The notes under the pieces: model-generated | The model's database searches: none | The model's input: only the letters and a program-made list of their open reading frames with translations | What the model was told of the DNA's origin: nothing | From: Octopus bimaculoides | Taxonomy: Eukaryota | Direction: 5' to 3' | DNA length: 64,000 nucleotides | Assembly: GCF_001194135.2 (NCBI RefSeq) | Contig: NC_068990.1 | Coordinates: forward strand, 45,147,915-45,211,914 | Translations under genes and position numbers: made by a program | Shown here: positions 52,872-64,000 of the stretch, in pieces | Numbering within the stretch: position 1 is the first letter of the stretch | Layout: each line of letters begins with the position of its first letter

Positions 52872-54577
52872 GTATGTATTCTACATATTCTTGACTCCTA
52901 CTCACTGAATATCATATACATCATATATTGATTGTTTAATTATAACTGGCATTGTTATTTTGTCAGTATTTGTTTGTTGTTTTTAGTAATATTAATTCTT
53001 CCTAAGAATTCTTCTTCTCTGACTTTTATTTCTTTTTAATTGGATTGAAATTGGTTATATATTTTCCCTATCAGGAAATATTTTATATGTTTCCTTTTTA
53101 GTTAACAAGCATCTCCCCCATTATGAAAATGTTGCATTTCTGAACTTCTTACTGTAACATGGCATCCTGTAATGTGAAGAGTATTTTCCATTGGTTTCCA
53201 TGTGCCATTCTTGGTAGTTTCTCAGTCTCTCTTCCACAATTTCTTGTTTAACAACCTGCACAAATGATTTGTTTAGCTCACTCTCTCCATCAAATCACTG
53301 TTGCCTGCACAGGTGCATGATGCACCACATATCAGGTGTTAAAGTGATTGCAGAGCAATGCGAAATGAAGTGTTTTGCTCAAGAACACAATGCATCACTC
53401 ATTCTGGGAATCAAAATCATGGTCTCGTGATCTTGAGTTCTATACCCTCATCACCAAATCATGTTCCCTCATGTTACATGGAAGTCAATGACAGTCAAAG
53501 GGAAATAGCTTTTGTGTTATGGAATTCTATGTTATGGTTACATTTTCAGGATTGCAATGCTTTGTAAAGCTGGTGATGCCTGTACTTTTAACTTGTTAGT
53601 TTGAGGAGAGAGAAAGAACCTTTTTAGGTTTCAGGATTTGATGATGGTTAGAAATGAATGATTTAATTTTTTAGATTTATTCTACTGATTTAATCTTTTA
53701 GTGAACATATTTCAGGCTAAAAGACTTCAAATTTTGAAGCTGTACATGTCTAGTGAGTAAACTAATCTGAAGCAATTACATTGTAGAAAAGCCAAGGTCA
53801 TTTAATGATACTCAAGCTTTTGAATTTACTTCAAATTTTAAATTTATTTTGTGTGTTGTCAAAATTGTTTTTGCATAAGTGCCACCTGGTCACTGGCTCT
53901 GTTCTACTGCAGTGACCAGGTTGCAGTTGTCCAGTGGAAAGGTTGGACATCTCATGAAATAAATTTAAGTCTTCAGATTATTTTCAAAAATTCTAAAGAT
54001 AATCAAAGAATTTAGTAAAACTATCTGAAACTTACTTTCCTCTAATTATTACCTCAGGTTACCAGTGACCAACTGGTCATGTGTTCAAATCTTATTACTG
54101 CCATTGTGCTGTTGGTTACAGGTTATATGTAGCAAGTAACACACAAATAGGGATGAAACTAACAAGTTTCATTCCTATTTCATAGCTGAGTGATTGGAGG
54201 TAGGGTTAGAGTGACAATGTATTAAACTTATTGTTCCAACAAATGTACTATTTCACTCATGAATGTATGAAAAAATATTAGAGGTAAACTAATAAAAACC
54301 ATAAAAGGACTCTTCATGAATAATTCTCCCTACAAATTCTGATCTTTGAAAGATCAAACTGAACATTAACCTTGCCCAACTGTTCCTAACCTCTTAACTC
54401 AATTTAAAAGGGCCTAGAAATTATGGACACTGTTGCTTCTCTTCAGATTAAATTAGTATAAACAAAATTTATGGATTATGTTACACCTGTAAAAATATGA
54501 ACATTTCTACAAGATCTTCATGGGTTGTTAAAGGCATGAGTCTCTGTCTGTGCTTTCGTAACATGAAATAATAGATA

Positions 54578-54623
<46 letters not shown>

Positions 54624-55504
54624 CTTGGATTCTGGTACCTTGTCCAATATCCAACTGTTATTGTAATGACTGTTGTTGGAGATGGGACCCAGAGTAATTT
54701 AGCCTCTTTCAAATATTGACAAAAAAAAGGCAAGCTAAAAATGTTAAATAAGCCTTATGTTAACCTTCAGTGATTCCTGGGTGTTACATCTGATGATTGA
54801 AGTTGTTGCTCATTGGAAGGGGCATTGCTAACTGGCATAAGGCATGTTGAAAAAGAGCGAGTAGCGGAAGTAACTATAAATCAAAAGTATTTGATTAGCA
54901 TATGCAGAAGAACTGACTGTATTGATATAAACATTTATATTGCTGTTGTTTAGCCTCAGGTCTCATTCATCAAAGCTATGATGACAGGCATTCCAGCCAT
55001 GACCATTCCATCTTTTGGTATATCTAGAATTACATTGTTCAATATATCACTCATAGGGTGTGATGTAAGGGAATTTGTTGCTATTTCTATTAGGTCAAGA
55101 GATTGTCTAGAGGTTCCAACTTGGAAATTTTTTTTTTTTTTATAAAACTTCTATGAAAGTCCTTACTAGTATTTTAGCTAGGGTTTTTTTTTTTAATTGC
55201 TATCATGGGAAAGTCATTATGCCAATATTATTGACACATGCACTAGTTCAATTCCACTCCTTAATTATTAATCAATTGGTTAAATATCCAACTAACTAAC
55301 CAATTGCTTGTTTAACTTGGTGAAACAGCAAGTCATTTTCTTTTGTTTTTTTTTTGTTTTTTTATCAAAGCTCTTTCGTTGCTACTTGCTTAAAATGGAT
55401 ATCTTAAAATCCATGCATTTTCTAATGTTTGTTTGAAAATGTTGAGTAACTTCATGAAAGTTTTGATATTATTCTAATCATGTTTTTGTATATTTTGTTC
55501 AAAG

Positions 55505-55553
55505 GTCAACATGTATGTTGATTACCAAAGTCAAAAATTTAAATGATATTAAG
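55505..55553 (+). CDS. TSC2: Tuberin exon (human exon 7), (Q)STCMLITKVKNLNDIK
   Basis: Acceptor TTCAAAG and donor GTAAGA; 49 nt, the same length and phase as human exon 7 (MICLLCVRTASSVDIE). Confidence 0.88.
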
Positions 55554-56244
55554 GTAAGAAAAAATTTTTTTTTATATAATTTTTCCTAAAACTTTGAGTG
55601 GAATTATCAGTGGTGGTGGTGGTGGTGTTGGTGGTAGTATCTGTATGACTTCTAGTAGACAATCAGCAATTTCAGTTTAACATTGTAACTATTCATACTT
55701 ATAAATCGTAGTGTCTAAACTGTGAATGCGTGCACACACATACAGAGAGAGAGAGACAGACAGATAGACAGAGGTGAACCATGATATTCATTTACAGCTT
55801 CTGATAGGGACTGTATTTTTGTGTTTGATTCTCAGGTCTACAAATATGACTTTCAAAGAACACAGCAAATGTGCTTCTTCTGTATATTTAGAGATGGACA
55901 TCTGGTGATTGCAACTGTTGAGTAAAACAGGTTCTGTGTTAGTTATTTGTGATTACTTAAGATTTTAAAATCCATGCTTTATTCACCAACTCAAAGCTTG
56001 ACTATAGATTTTGCAGCTATTTTAGCATAAAATGTTTAATGTTAGTGAAATCAGAAAACCAGCTCAGTGAAAGCTGAAATTATTAAAGGATGAAAGGGGA
56101 TTTTCCAGTATAAGCTTTTGTAAAGTGTCATCCACAATCAATAGTGGCTCATCTTGAGAATCTAGAAGTTGTTTGTTTGAGTAAAATTACCTTTTTTTTT
56201 TTAAAAATTAGATATATTTCACTCTGGTGGCAATAAAAGAAGCA

Positions 56245-56781
56245 ATTATTATTATTAGTATTGAGTGAGAGATACAAATACTGAGATACAAATATACGAA
56301 GCGTAATATACCCATCATGACTACTCATCTGATAAAAGTACACTGGGCACATGCATCACAGCCATGTGTGTGTGACATGGTGATCTTATCTCAAGGTTAA
56401 CAGTGCATGACCTTGCAGGTGAGACCCATTAAATTTCTTCAGGTCGAGTAGCCCATCCCACTCAAAAGGTCCCTGAATAAGGGTTGTTTATGGATTTTGA
56501 ATGAAACACCCATGTTTGCTGAGGTGAATTATGCAAACCCCAAAGAATTCCTCTGAACACATAGCTATGATGCTACCCCACTATTTCTGTTCATGATCAG
56601 AGATGCACATATTGTCAGCCACTAAGGGACATGCTCAACTGACAAGCAAATCTGTGGCATTGAGCAGAATATTTGCTGAAGCCCATCTTTTACACCAAAA
56701 CAAAACATGTACATGATAACGCTTCCAATCAGTTAAGATCAAAAGCCATGAGAGCCAGTGCCTGGTACTGCATCAGGGCAT
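56245..56781 (-). mobile_element. Second copy of the (AAT)n-flanked unclassified element
   Basis: Reverse complement of 23627-23863 plus 24250-24560, with small deletions. Confidence 0.75.
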
Positions 56782-57460
56782 TTTATTATTATTATTATTA
56801 TTATTATTTGGCCTGTGAAATGGTGAGTTGGCAGAATCATTAGCATGCCGGGCGAAATGTTTAGTTGCATTTCATCTGTCTTTATGTTCTGAGTTCAAAT
56901 TCCGCTGAGGTCAACTTTGCCTTTCATTCTTTCAGGGTCTATAAATTAAGTACCAGTTACGTACTGAGGTTGATATAATCGATTGGTGCCCTTCCCCAAA
57001 ATTTCAGGCCTTGAGCCTTTAGTAGAAAGGATTATTATTATTTGACTTTGAGATGGTGAGCTGGCAGAATCATTAGCATGCTGGGCAAAATGCTTAGTGG
57101 CATTTCAACCGTCTTTATGTTCTGAGTTCAAATTCTTCTGAAGTCAATTTTGCCTTTCATCCTTTCAGGGTCTATAAATTAAGTGCCAGTTGAGAACTAG
57201 TGTTGATGTAATTGACTTAACCCCTCCACAATCTTGCTGACCTTGTACCAAAATTTGAAATCATTATTCTTATTATCATTATTATTATTATTTTACTTCT
57301 CAAAGCTCTTTGTCTTACTTGCTTTGGTTGATTCTGTGAGAGTGGATGGCAACCTGTTGACAGAGGTTTCTCAGGGTCTCTTTCTGAAAATAAGCTTTGA
57401 TAATTGGATGTTAACTTATTGTGGAAGACACTCAATACCCAAGCACCAATCTCAAAATCC

Positions 57461-57508
<48 letters not shown>

Positions 57509-57537
57509 CATTATTATCATCATCATCATCATCATCA

Positions 57538-57888
57538 TTACCTCCGCTTTAGCGAAGGCAGAGGTATTGTTTCAGTTGTGTTTGTTTGCTTGTGGACAAG
57601 ATATCTCAAGAATCACTGGATGGATTCAGATGAAACTTTCAGGGATGTTTGGCTTCATGACTGATTAGATTTTTGGATCAATCCAGTACCGGACAAGGAT
57701 TCTGGATTATTTTACCTGTTTTTTTACTTAATCTTTGAGAGCGGTCGAGTTTATTTTTAGTATTCTTGTCCGTGAGAGCAGTCGAGTTTATTTCAGATAT
57801 TCTCATTTTAGAAATCATCTCTGACTAATCATTGAGAGGATGTTGGTGTTGCCTTGGTGGAGGTTTGCATTCTCTGAGTGCTCTTGTT
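57538..57888 (+). mobile_element. Non-autonomous Helentron-type element (HINE/DINE-1-like)
   Basis: 5' subterminal ACCTCCGC and 3' GGTGGAGGT inverted repeats, 5' hairpin ACCTCCGC...GCAGAGGT, GTTTG-rich tract, 3' hairpin GCATTC-TCT-GAGTGC, T-rich flanks and no target duplication. Confidence 0.75.
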
Positions 57889-58148
57889 ATTATATTTATG
57901 GCTGCAAGCTGGCAGAATTGTTAGTATGCAGGACAAAATGCTTAGCAGTATTTTGTCTGTGGTTACGTCCTGAGTTCATATTCCACCAAGGTCAACTCTG
58001 CCTTTCATTGTTTCAAGGTCGATAAATTAAGTACCATTTGGACACTGGGATTGATGTAATCAACTCATCCCCCCCCCCAAGTTGCTGCCTTTGTGGCAAA
58101 ATTTGAAATCATTATTAATACTATTATTATTATTATTATTAAGGTGGT

Positions 58149-58310
58149 TAGGAAGGGCATGGCGTTAGGAAGGGCATCCAGCTGTAGAAACTCTGCCAAA
58201 TCAGACTGGAGCCTGGTGTTGCCATCCGGTTTCACCAGTCCTCAGTCAAATCGTCCAACCCATGCTAGCATGGAGAGCGGACGTTAAACGATGATGATGA
58301 TGATGATGAT
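58149..58310 (+). mobile_element. Young RTE 3' end inserted into a SINE head
   Basis: TGGCGTTAGGAAGGGCATCC...GGACGTTAAAC(GAT)n, flanked by AAGGTGGT on the left and GTGAGCTGGCAG on the right. Confidence 0.88.
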
Positions 58311-59340
58311 GTGAGCTGGCAGAATCGTTAGCACACTGGCTGAAATGCTTAGCAGTATTTTGTCTGCTGCTACATTGTGAGTTCGGGTTCTGCCGCGGTC
58401 GATTTTGCCTTTTATCCTTTCGGGGTTGATTAAATAAGTACCAGTTGAGTACTGGGGTCGATATAATCGATTAATCCCTTACCCCAAATTTCAGGACTTG
58501 TGCCTACAGTAGAAAGGATTATTATTATGGCAGCAAGCTGGCAGAATTGTTAGCATGCTGGACGAAATGCTTAGTGGTATTTCGCCTGTCGCTACGTCCT
58601 GAGTTCAAATTCCACCGAGGTCAGCTTTGTCTTTTGTTCTTTTGAGGGTCAATAAATTAAGTACCAGTTGAACACTGGGGTCGATGTAATCGTCTCCATT
58701 CCCTTCCCAAAAATCATTGCCCTTGTGGCAAAATTTGAAACCATTATCATTATTATTATTAAGGTGGGTAAGCTGGCAGAATTGTTAGCACACTGGGTAA
58801 AATGCTTGGTGGCATTTTGTCTGTACTTACATTCTGAATTCAAATTCCACTGAAGTTGACTTTGCCTTTCATCCTTTCAGGGTTGATAAATGAAGTACCA
58901 GTTGAGTACTGGGGTTGATGTAATTGATTTAGCCCCTTCCCTACAATTTCAGGCCTTGTGCCTGTAGTAAAAAGGATTATTATTATTGACATAATTAGAA
59001 TATTGGACTAAATGCTCTGAGTTATAATCCCATTGAAGTCAACCCTTATTCTCTTGTAGTTTGATAAAATAAAGTACCACCCACATACTAATTTCCTTTA
59101 TACAGAAGCTACATGATGTATTATAAAAGCATATTAAATGACAGAAAAAAAGAAAGATAACAAGGTTAAAATATTATGACAGAAACCTGACCTTATATTC
59201 GAGATATAAAATATTACTCCACTCCATCAATGATTTTTTGCTCTAGAAATTATCAATGTAACTTTAATCCATGATTCAGAAAATTCTAAGAATTAACTTT
59301 TGTTTTATTTTTGATTGATACCTGATATTTTGTTTTCCAG

Positions 59341-59466
59341 CAATGTGTAGAACTTTTGGGTTTGGTTATCGATCTTCAATGTGTTCCAGCAAATTGTTTA
59401 ACCTATATTGTCACAGTATTATGTCGCACACTTAATATCCGCAATAATGCAACCACAAGTTGGGAG
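59341..59466 (+). CDS. TSC2: Tuberin exon (human exon 8), QCVELLGLVIDLQCVPANCLTYIVTVLCRTLNIRNNATTSWE
   Basis: Acceptor TTCCAG and donor GTAAAT; 126 nt. Matches human [42 protein letters not shown]. Confidence 0.96.
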
Positions 59467-59856
59467 GTAAATATGTTTTTTTTTTGTTTTTGCTTTGTTT
59501 ACTTTTTATTTTCAATTTAATGTGTTCATTTATATATCAGTAAATATAGCATGTTGACATTTGTAAACAAGATGTGTAGACATTTGTAAACGGAACATGT
59601 AGATCACAGGCATGGCTGTGTGGTAAGAACCTTGCTTCCCAACCACATGGTTCCAGGTTCAGTCCCACTGCATGGCACCTTGGGCAAGTGTCTTCTACTA
59701 TAGCCTCAAGCCAACCAAAGCCTTGTGAGTGGATTTGGGAGACGGAAACTAAAAGAAATCCATCCTGTACGTACATATATATATATATATACATGTGTGT
59801 GTGTCTTTGTGTCTGTGAGTGGATTTGGTAGATGGAAACTAAAAGAAGCCCATCTT

Positions 59857-59895
<39 letters not shown>

Positions 59896-60444
59896 NNNNN
59901 NNNNNNNNNNNNNNNNNNNNNNNNNNNNNNNNNNNNNNNNNNNNNNNNNNNNNNNNNNNNNNNNNNNNNNNNNNNNNNNNNNNNNNNNNNNNNNNNNNNN
60001 NNNNNNNNNNNNNNNNNNNNNNNNNNNNNNNNNNNNNNNNNNNNNNNNNNNNNNNNNNNNNNNNNNNNNNNNNNNNNNNNNNNNNNNNNNNNNNNNNNNN
60101 NNNNNNNNNNNNNNNNNNNNNNNNNNNNNNNNNNNNNNNNNNNNNNNNNNNNNNNNNNNNNNNNNNNNNNNNNNNNNNNNNNNNNNNNNNNNNNNNNNNN
60201 NNNNNNNNNNNNNNNNNNNNNNNNNNNNNNNNNNNNNNNNNNNNNNNNNNNNNNNNNNNNNNNNNNNNNNNNNNNNNNNNNNNNNNNNNNNNNNNNNNNN
60301 NNNNNNNNNNNNNNNNNNNNNACTGGGTTTGATGTAATTGACTTACCCGCTCCCTGAACTTGCTGGCTTTGTGCTGAAATTTGAAACCATTATTATCTCT
60401 GATGGATGTAAAATGACTTGATGAATGTTCTTTCTTTTCTGCAG

Positions 60445-60518
60445 GTGATGAGGAAGTTGCTAAGTACACATCTTGGCCATCATGTAATTCACATTATGTG
60501 TTGTCTGCTGGAAGAAAA
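60445..60518 (+). CDS. TSC2: Tuberin exon (human exon 9), VMRKLLSTHLGHHVIHIMCCLLEE(K)
   Basis: Acceptor CTGCAG and donor GTTAGT; 74 nt. Matches human [25 protein letters not shown]. Confidence 0.97.
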
Positions 60519-61503
60519 GTTAGTAGCTAATCCGTTTTTTTTTTTTTTAAATAATGTTCTGCTTCCTTTATCCCATCCTTTCTCTTTTACTTTTTTCCTT
60601 CCTTCTTTCTTCTCTCCTACTTTTTTCTTTATTTCCTTCTTTTCTTTCTTCTTTTCCTCATTAATTGATTGATTAATTAATTAATTAAATTATTTGACAG
60701 CTGCAGTCACAGTGAATGGGGTGTTGAAATGTTTGGCCATTGATGAAAGGGTTTATATGTATCCTGTCACTTTACTGTGTCCATGGCCAATACATTTGAT
60801 ACTGAAATGGGTCAATAAGTGTGTAAAAAGATATGCCATAATAAGGTATTGTTTACAACTGCTAGCAGTGGTGTGGGTGGTTAGGGCACTGTTAAGGTAG
60901 AAGTGTTCTGTTCGATTGTAGTGATGAGTTCAACTGCATATGTATAGTTTAGGTCTCTCTCTCTCCCTCTCTCCCCCCCTCTCTATCAATTTATCTATAC
61001 CTTTTTTGAAATATTTTAATCGGGTGAGGAATAGGTAGTGTCCCCGGACTTTTGCTTTCCTTCCCAAACTGATGAAACTGAAGCTGTCAATGCCCATCCT
61101 GGATAACTGCAGATCACAAAGCTAACAGGAGACTGTCAGTCAATCTGCTAGTAATAATAACCATATAATATCCTTCAAATTGCACCCCAGCATCTTTTTT
61201 TAAATAAAGGGACACGTAGGATAATGTGGTCCTGAGTTATACATATAGAAAAGTCAGTGTGGTCATGGTTGGACTGTCTAGGATCATAGGTCTGCTTGAT
61301 CAAATCTGACCTCAGACTAAACATCATAGTCAGTACATTGAGCTGAGATGCCTGGTGGTGATTACGTCCCTAAAAGAAAGTAATCCAGTATGTAGATGTT
61401 TGATCAGTTGTGGACTTTCCTGTTGATGACAGATGAGGATTTAACAATTTCTTGCTGAGCAACTTGCACTGATGATCTGTTTATTGTGATCAAATAGGTT
61501 CAT

Positions 61504-61868
61504 GAGTGGCTGTGTGATAAGCAGCTTGCTTACCAACCACATGGTTCCAGGTTCAGTCCCACTGCATGGCACCTTGGGCAAGTGTTTTCTACTATAGCCT
61601 AGGGCTGACCAAAGCCTTGTGAGTGGATTTGGTAGACGGAAACTGAAAGAAGCCCGTTGTGTGTGTGTGCACGTGTGTCTGTGCCCCTACCATCACTTGA
61701 CAACTGATATTGGTGTGTTTACGTCCCTGTAACTTAGCAGTTTGGCAAAAGAGACCAATAGAATAAGTACTAGGCTTACAAAGAATTAGTCCTGGGGTCG
61801 ATTTGTTTGACTACAGGTGGTGCTCCAGCATGGCTGCAGTCAGATGACTGAAACAAATAAAAGAATAA
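61504..61868 (+). mobile_element. Intact tRNA-derived SINE (family 1); other copies at 1-280, ~3520-3900 minus, 13920-14090 minus, 22747-23000, 29580-29765 minus, 39850-40400, 59609-59760 and 63300-63500 minus
   Basis: tRNA-like head (TGGCTGTGTG...GGTTCAGTCCC), CCTTGGGCAAG motif, internal (TG)n and an A-rich end. It resembles the octopus OR-type SINEs as I recall them; the family name is not verified. Confidence 0.8.
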
Positions 61869-62294
61869 ATGTTTATGCTGCACATAAGCTCACTCCTGCC
61901 ATCAAACTGACATTACCTGTACAGGTGCACGGTGTGCCACACATCAGATGTCAAAGTGATCACAGAGCAATGTAAGATGCAGTGTTTTGCTCAAGAACAC
62001 AATGCATCACCTAGTCTTAGAATTGAAACCATGATCTTGTAATCATTAGTGCAACACACTAACCACTACACCATGTGCCATTACTAAGTAGAGACCAATG
62101 AAATAAGTACCCAGATTAGTACTTGTAGTGGCGAGGATGTAATGTTATTGACTAATATCCTTTAAGGGGACACTAACATAGTTTGGTCACAGTCCAATAA
62201 GTAAAGACCAATTAAAAAAAAGTTTTTAAAAGCAAAAATTAATATTTAAATAAATAAAATCTAAAATACATCTATTTTTTTCTCTTCTCAACAG

Positions 62295-62421
62295 AAACCA
62301 CCCCATCGATGAGCAAGTGCTTCGAGCAGCTGTCTATTATTTGGGTATGGCTCTCTGGGGGTCAAAGAAAGTGACAAGTCTCAGTCAGCCACCATCATCT
62401 GTGTTACCTTCTTTTAGACAG
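62295..62421 (+). CDS. TSC2: Tuberin exon (human exon 10), (K)NHPIDEQVLRAAVYYLGMALWGSKKVTSLSQPPSSVLPSFRQ
   Basis: Acceptor CAACAG and donor GTACTG; 127 nt. Contains the GMALWG motif and matches human [35 protein letters not shown]. Confidence 0.97.
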
Positions 62422-63950
62422 GTACTGCTATTACTACTTTTAGTAATTTCTTTTTCTTGTGTTCCTTAAGTGTGTGTGTGTGCATATATATATGCATGCA
62501 CAAAGATGTGTAGATGTACATAGATATGCTCATTTTTGCATGCATATGTGAATACAAGGTCATCAATGTGCACTTGTACGTCCATGTGTATTTGTATGTT
62601 TGTAAGCATGAAAGTGTATATATGTGTTTCTTAATAGTACACTTTGATTGTTGGAATACTGTATTTTCCAGCATACAATTTGATGTAATATATAGTGTAA
62701 ACATTCAAACATTGTCACTATTTTTACAAATCCTGCTGCATTTTACATGGAATTTTGATCCTCCAAAGACATCTTGGTGTATTCATTAACTTACCTTTTT
62801 TGGCTGTAAATTTTGGTTTGAAAAATTCAACTTGTATACTGAATACTATAGGTATTATTTGTTTAAATCACAATACCTACAGTAATTATGAATAGAATGG
62901 AAAACTTGAACTATATAGAGGCAGCATGGCTCCTGGTAAAGAATTTCATTTCAGAATCACATTAATTTATGTTTAATACCCCTGTGTAGTATCTTGTCAA
63001 GAAGAAAGTGTATTCTACTAAAACCTACTTGCTGACTAAAGTCTTGTGAGTGGAATTGCTAGATGAAAACTGTATCGAAGCCTGCTGTTTATATTCATTT
63101 GTCATTCTACATCTCTTTACCATACCAGCATGGGTTAGACAAATATATTATCAAGGCATTGGTTTACAGCCAGATCCCCCTCTTTGATCCAGTAAGGGAT
63201 CTTTCACACCTCTTTGAAGGCACAAAGCCAGTGTGGATGATCTATTGTCAGAAAAAGGGGAAATCTCCTCACTTGTAACTTGTGATTTTCAGAGAAGCAC
63301 ATATGTATACAAACAATGTGAATGTGCATGTGCACACATAATGAGCTTCTTTTAGTTCTGCTCTACCACATCTCTCACAAGACTTTGATTGACTTGGAGC
63401 TATAACTAGAAAACACTTGCTTGATGTGTTACATGGTGAGACTGAATCTGAAACCATGTGGTTGGGAAGCACACTTCTTATCCTCACAGTCATACCTGTG
63501 CTGTTTTGACCGTACAAGTATGTCTAGTTAAGAAGGTATATACGAGTGTGTATGTATCCACACATTTCATGGCTTCACTTGTCACTATCTGAGCCAAATG
63601 GTGATATTTTGTTTATGTTCCTTGTTGATATCACTACTGGTTGTTCTGTACTTTCAAAGACCAGTGGAATAATAAAAAAAAAAATCCCTTATTTAAAAAA
63701 AAAAAGTAAGTGTTGGTGACTGGAAAGGCATCCAATCATAGATACTACCTCAAATACATCCCTGTACAACCCATACTAGCTGTGGAAAAAAAAAAAAACA
63801 TATGATATAGTGTAGAGAAATATATTAATATCATGCAGTGACTACATACCTCTGGTGTGTGTGTATGTGTGTGTTTGGAATAAATTCTAAGTTTAGCTAA
63901 CTTAGCCAATGTAATTACTATTTCTATTGTTTTGTCTTCTTTTCTTGCAG

Positions 63951-64000
63951 GTACTAGATTGTGGAAGTCAACTAGTAGCATTTGAAGTCACTCTTAGTCT
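63951..64000 (+). CDS. TSC2: Tuberin exon (human exon 11), cut by the window end: VLDCGSQLVAFEVTLS...
   Basis: Long polypyrimidine tract ending TTGCAG; phase 0. Matches human AMACPNEVVSYEIVLSI. Confidence 0.9.

Larger units (their letters stand above)
56771..58985 (+). mobile_element. Cluster of six (ATT)n-tailed tRNA-derived SINEs (family 2), mostly head-to-tail, with nested HINE and RTE tail
   Basis: Units at about 56771, 57047, 57893, 58141, 58528 and 58761, each with TGGCAGAAT, GAGTTCAAATTCC, CCTTTCATCCTTTCRGGG.GATAAA.TAAGTACCAG and an (ATT)n tail. Confidence 0.88.

Noticed and set aside
57234-57668. ORFs with poly-Ile, poly-Tyr and poly-His tracts
   Set aside because: They derive from an (ATT)n/(ATC)n microsatellite and flanking repeats.
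59725-59850. Tandem partial duplication inside a SINE
   Set aside because: It is adjacent to a (TA)n tract and an assembly gap, so it may be an assembly artefact or trivial slippage.

Overview
AT-rich eukaryotic genomic DNA, very likely from an octopus (inferred from the repeat repertoire, not proven), with four assembly gaps (17083-17702, 18660-18910, 48020-48845, 59896-60320). The only host gene I can support is a TSC2/tuberin orthologue on the + strand. Ten coding exons from 21025 to the window end splice in frame and match human tuberin from about residue 47 to about 340. Their sizes and phases mostly equal human exons 3-11 (human sizes recalled, not looked up), except that human exon 5 is split in two. 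The first coding exon was not found. The rest is intron packed with mobile DNA: two decayed mariner transposons, a Tx1-clade LINE in a TCTA/TCTG microsatellite, several RTE-clade LINEs and many of their (GAT)n-tailed 3' ends, several tRNA-headed SINE families, piggyBac-, Tc1- and hAT-type MITEs and a Helentron-type HINE. The most interesting item is a 287-bp insertion at 28514-28800. It combines a Pol III tRNA-like head, a degenerate hammerhead-ribozyme motif, a 13-bp inverted 5' segment and a 13-bp target duplication, which suggests a SINE mobilised by Penelope-like machinery. There is no prokaryotic content, CRISPR array, rRNA or intact tRNA.
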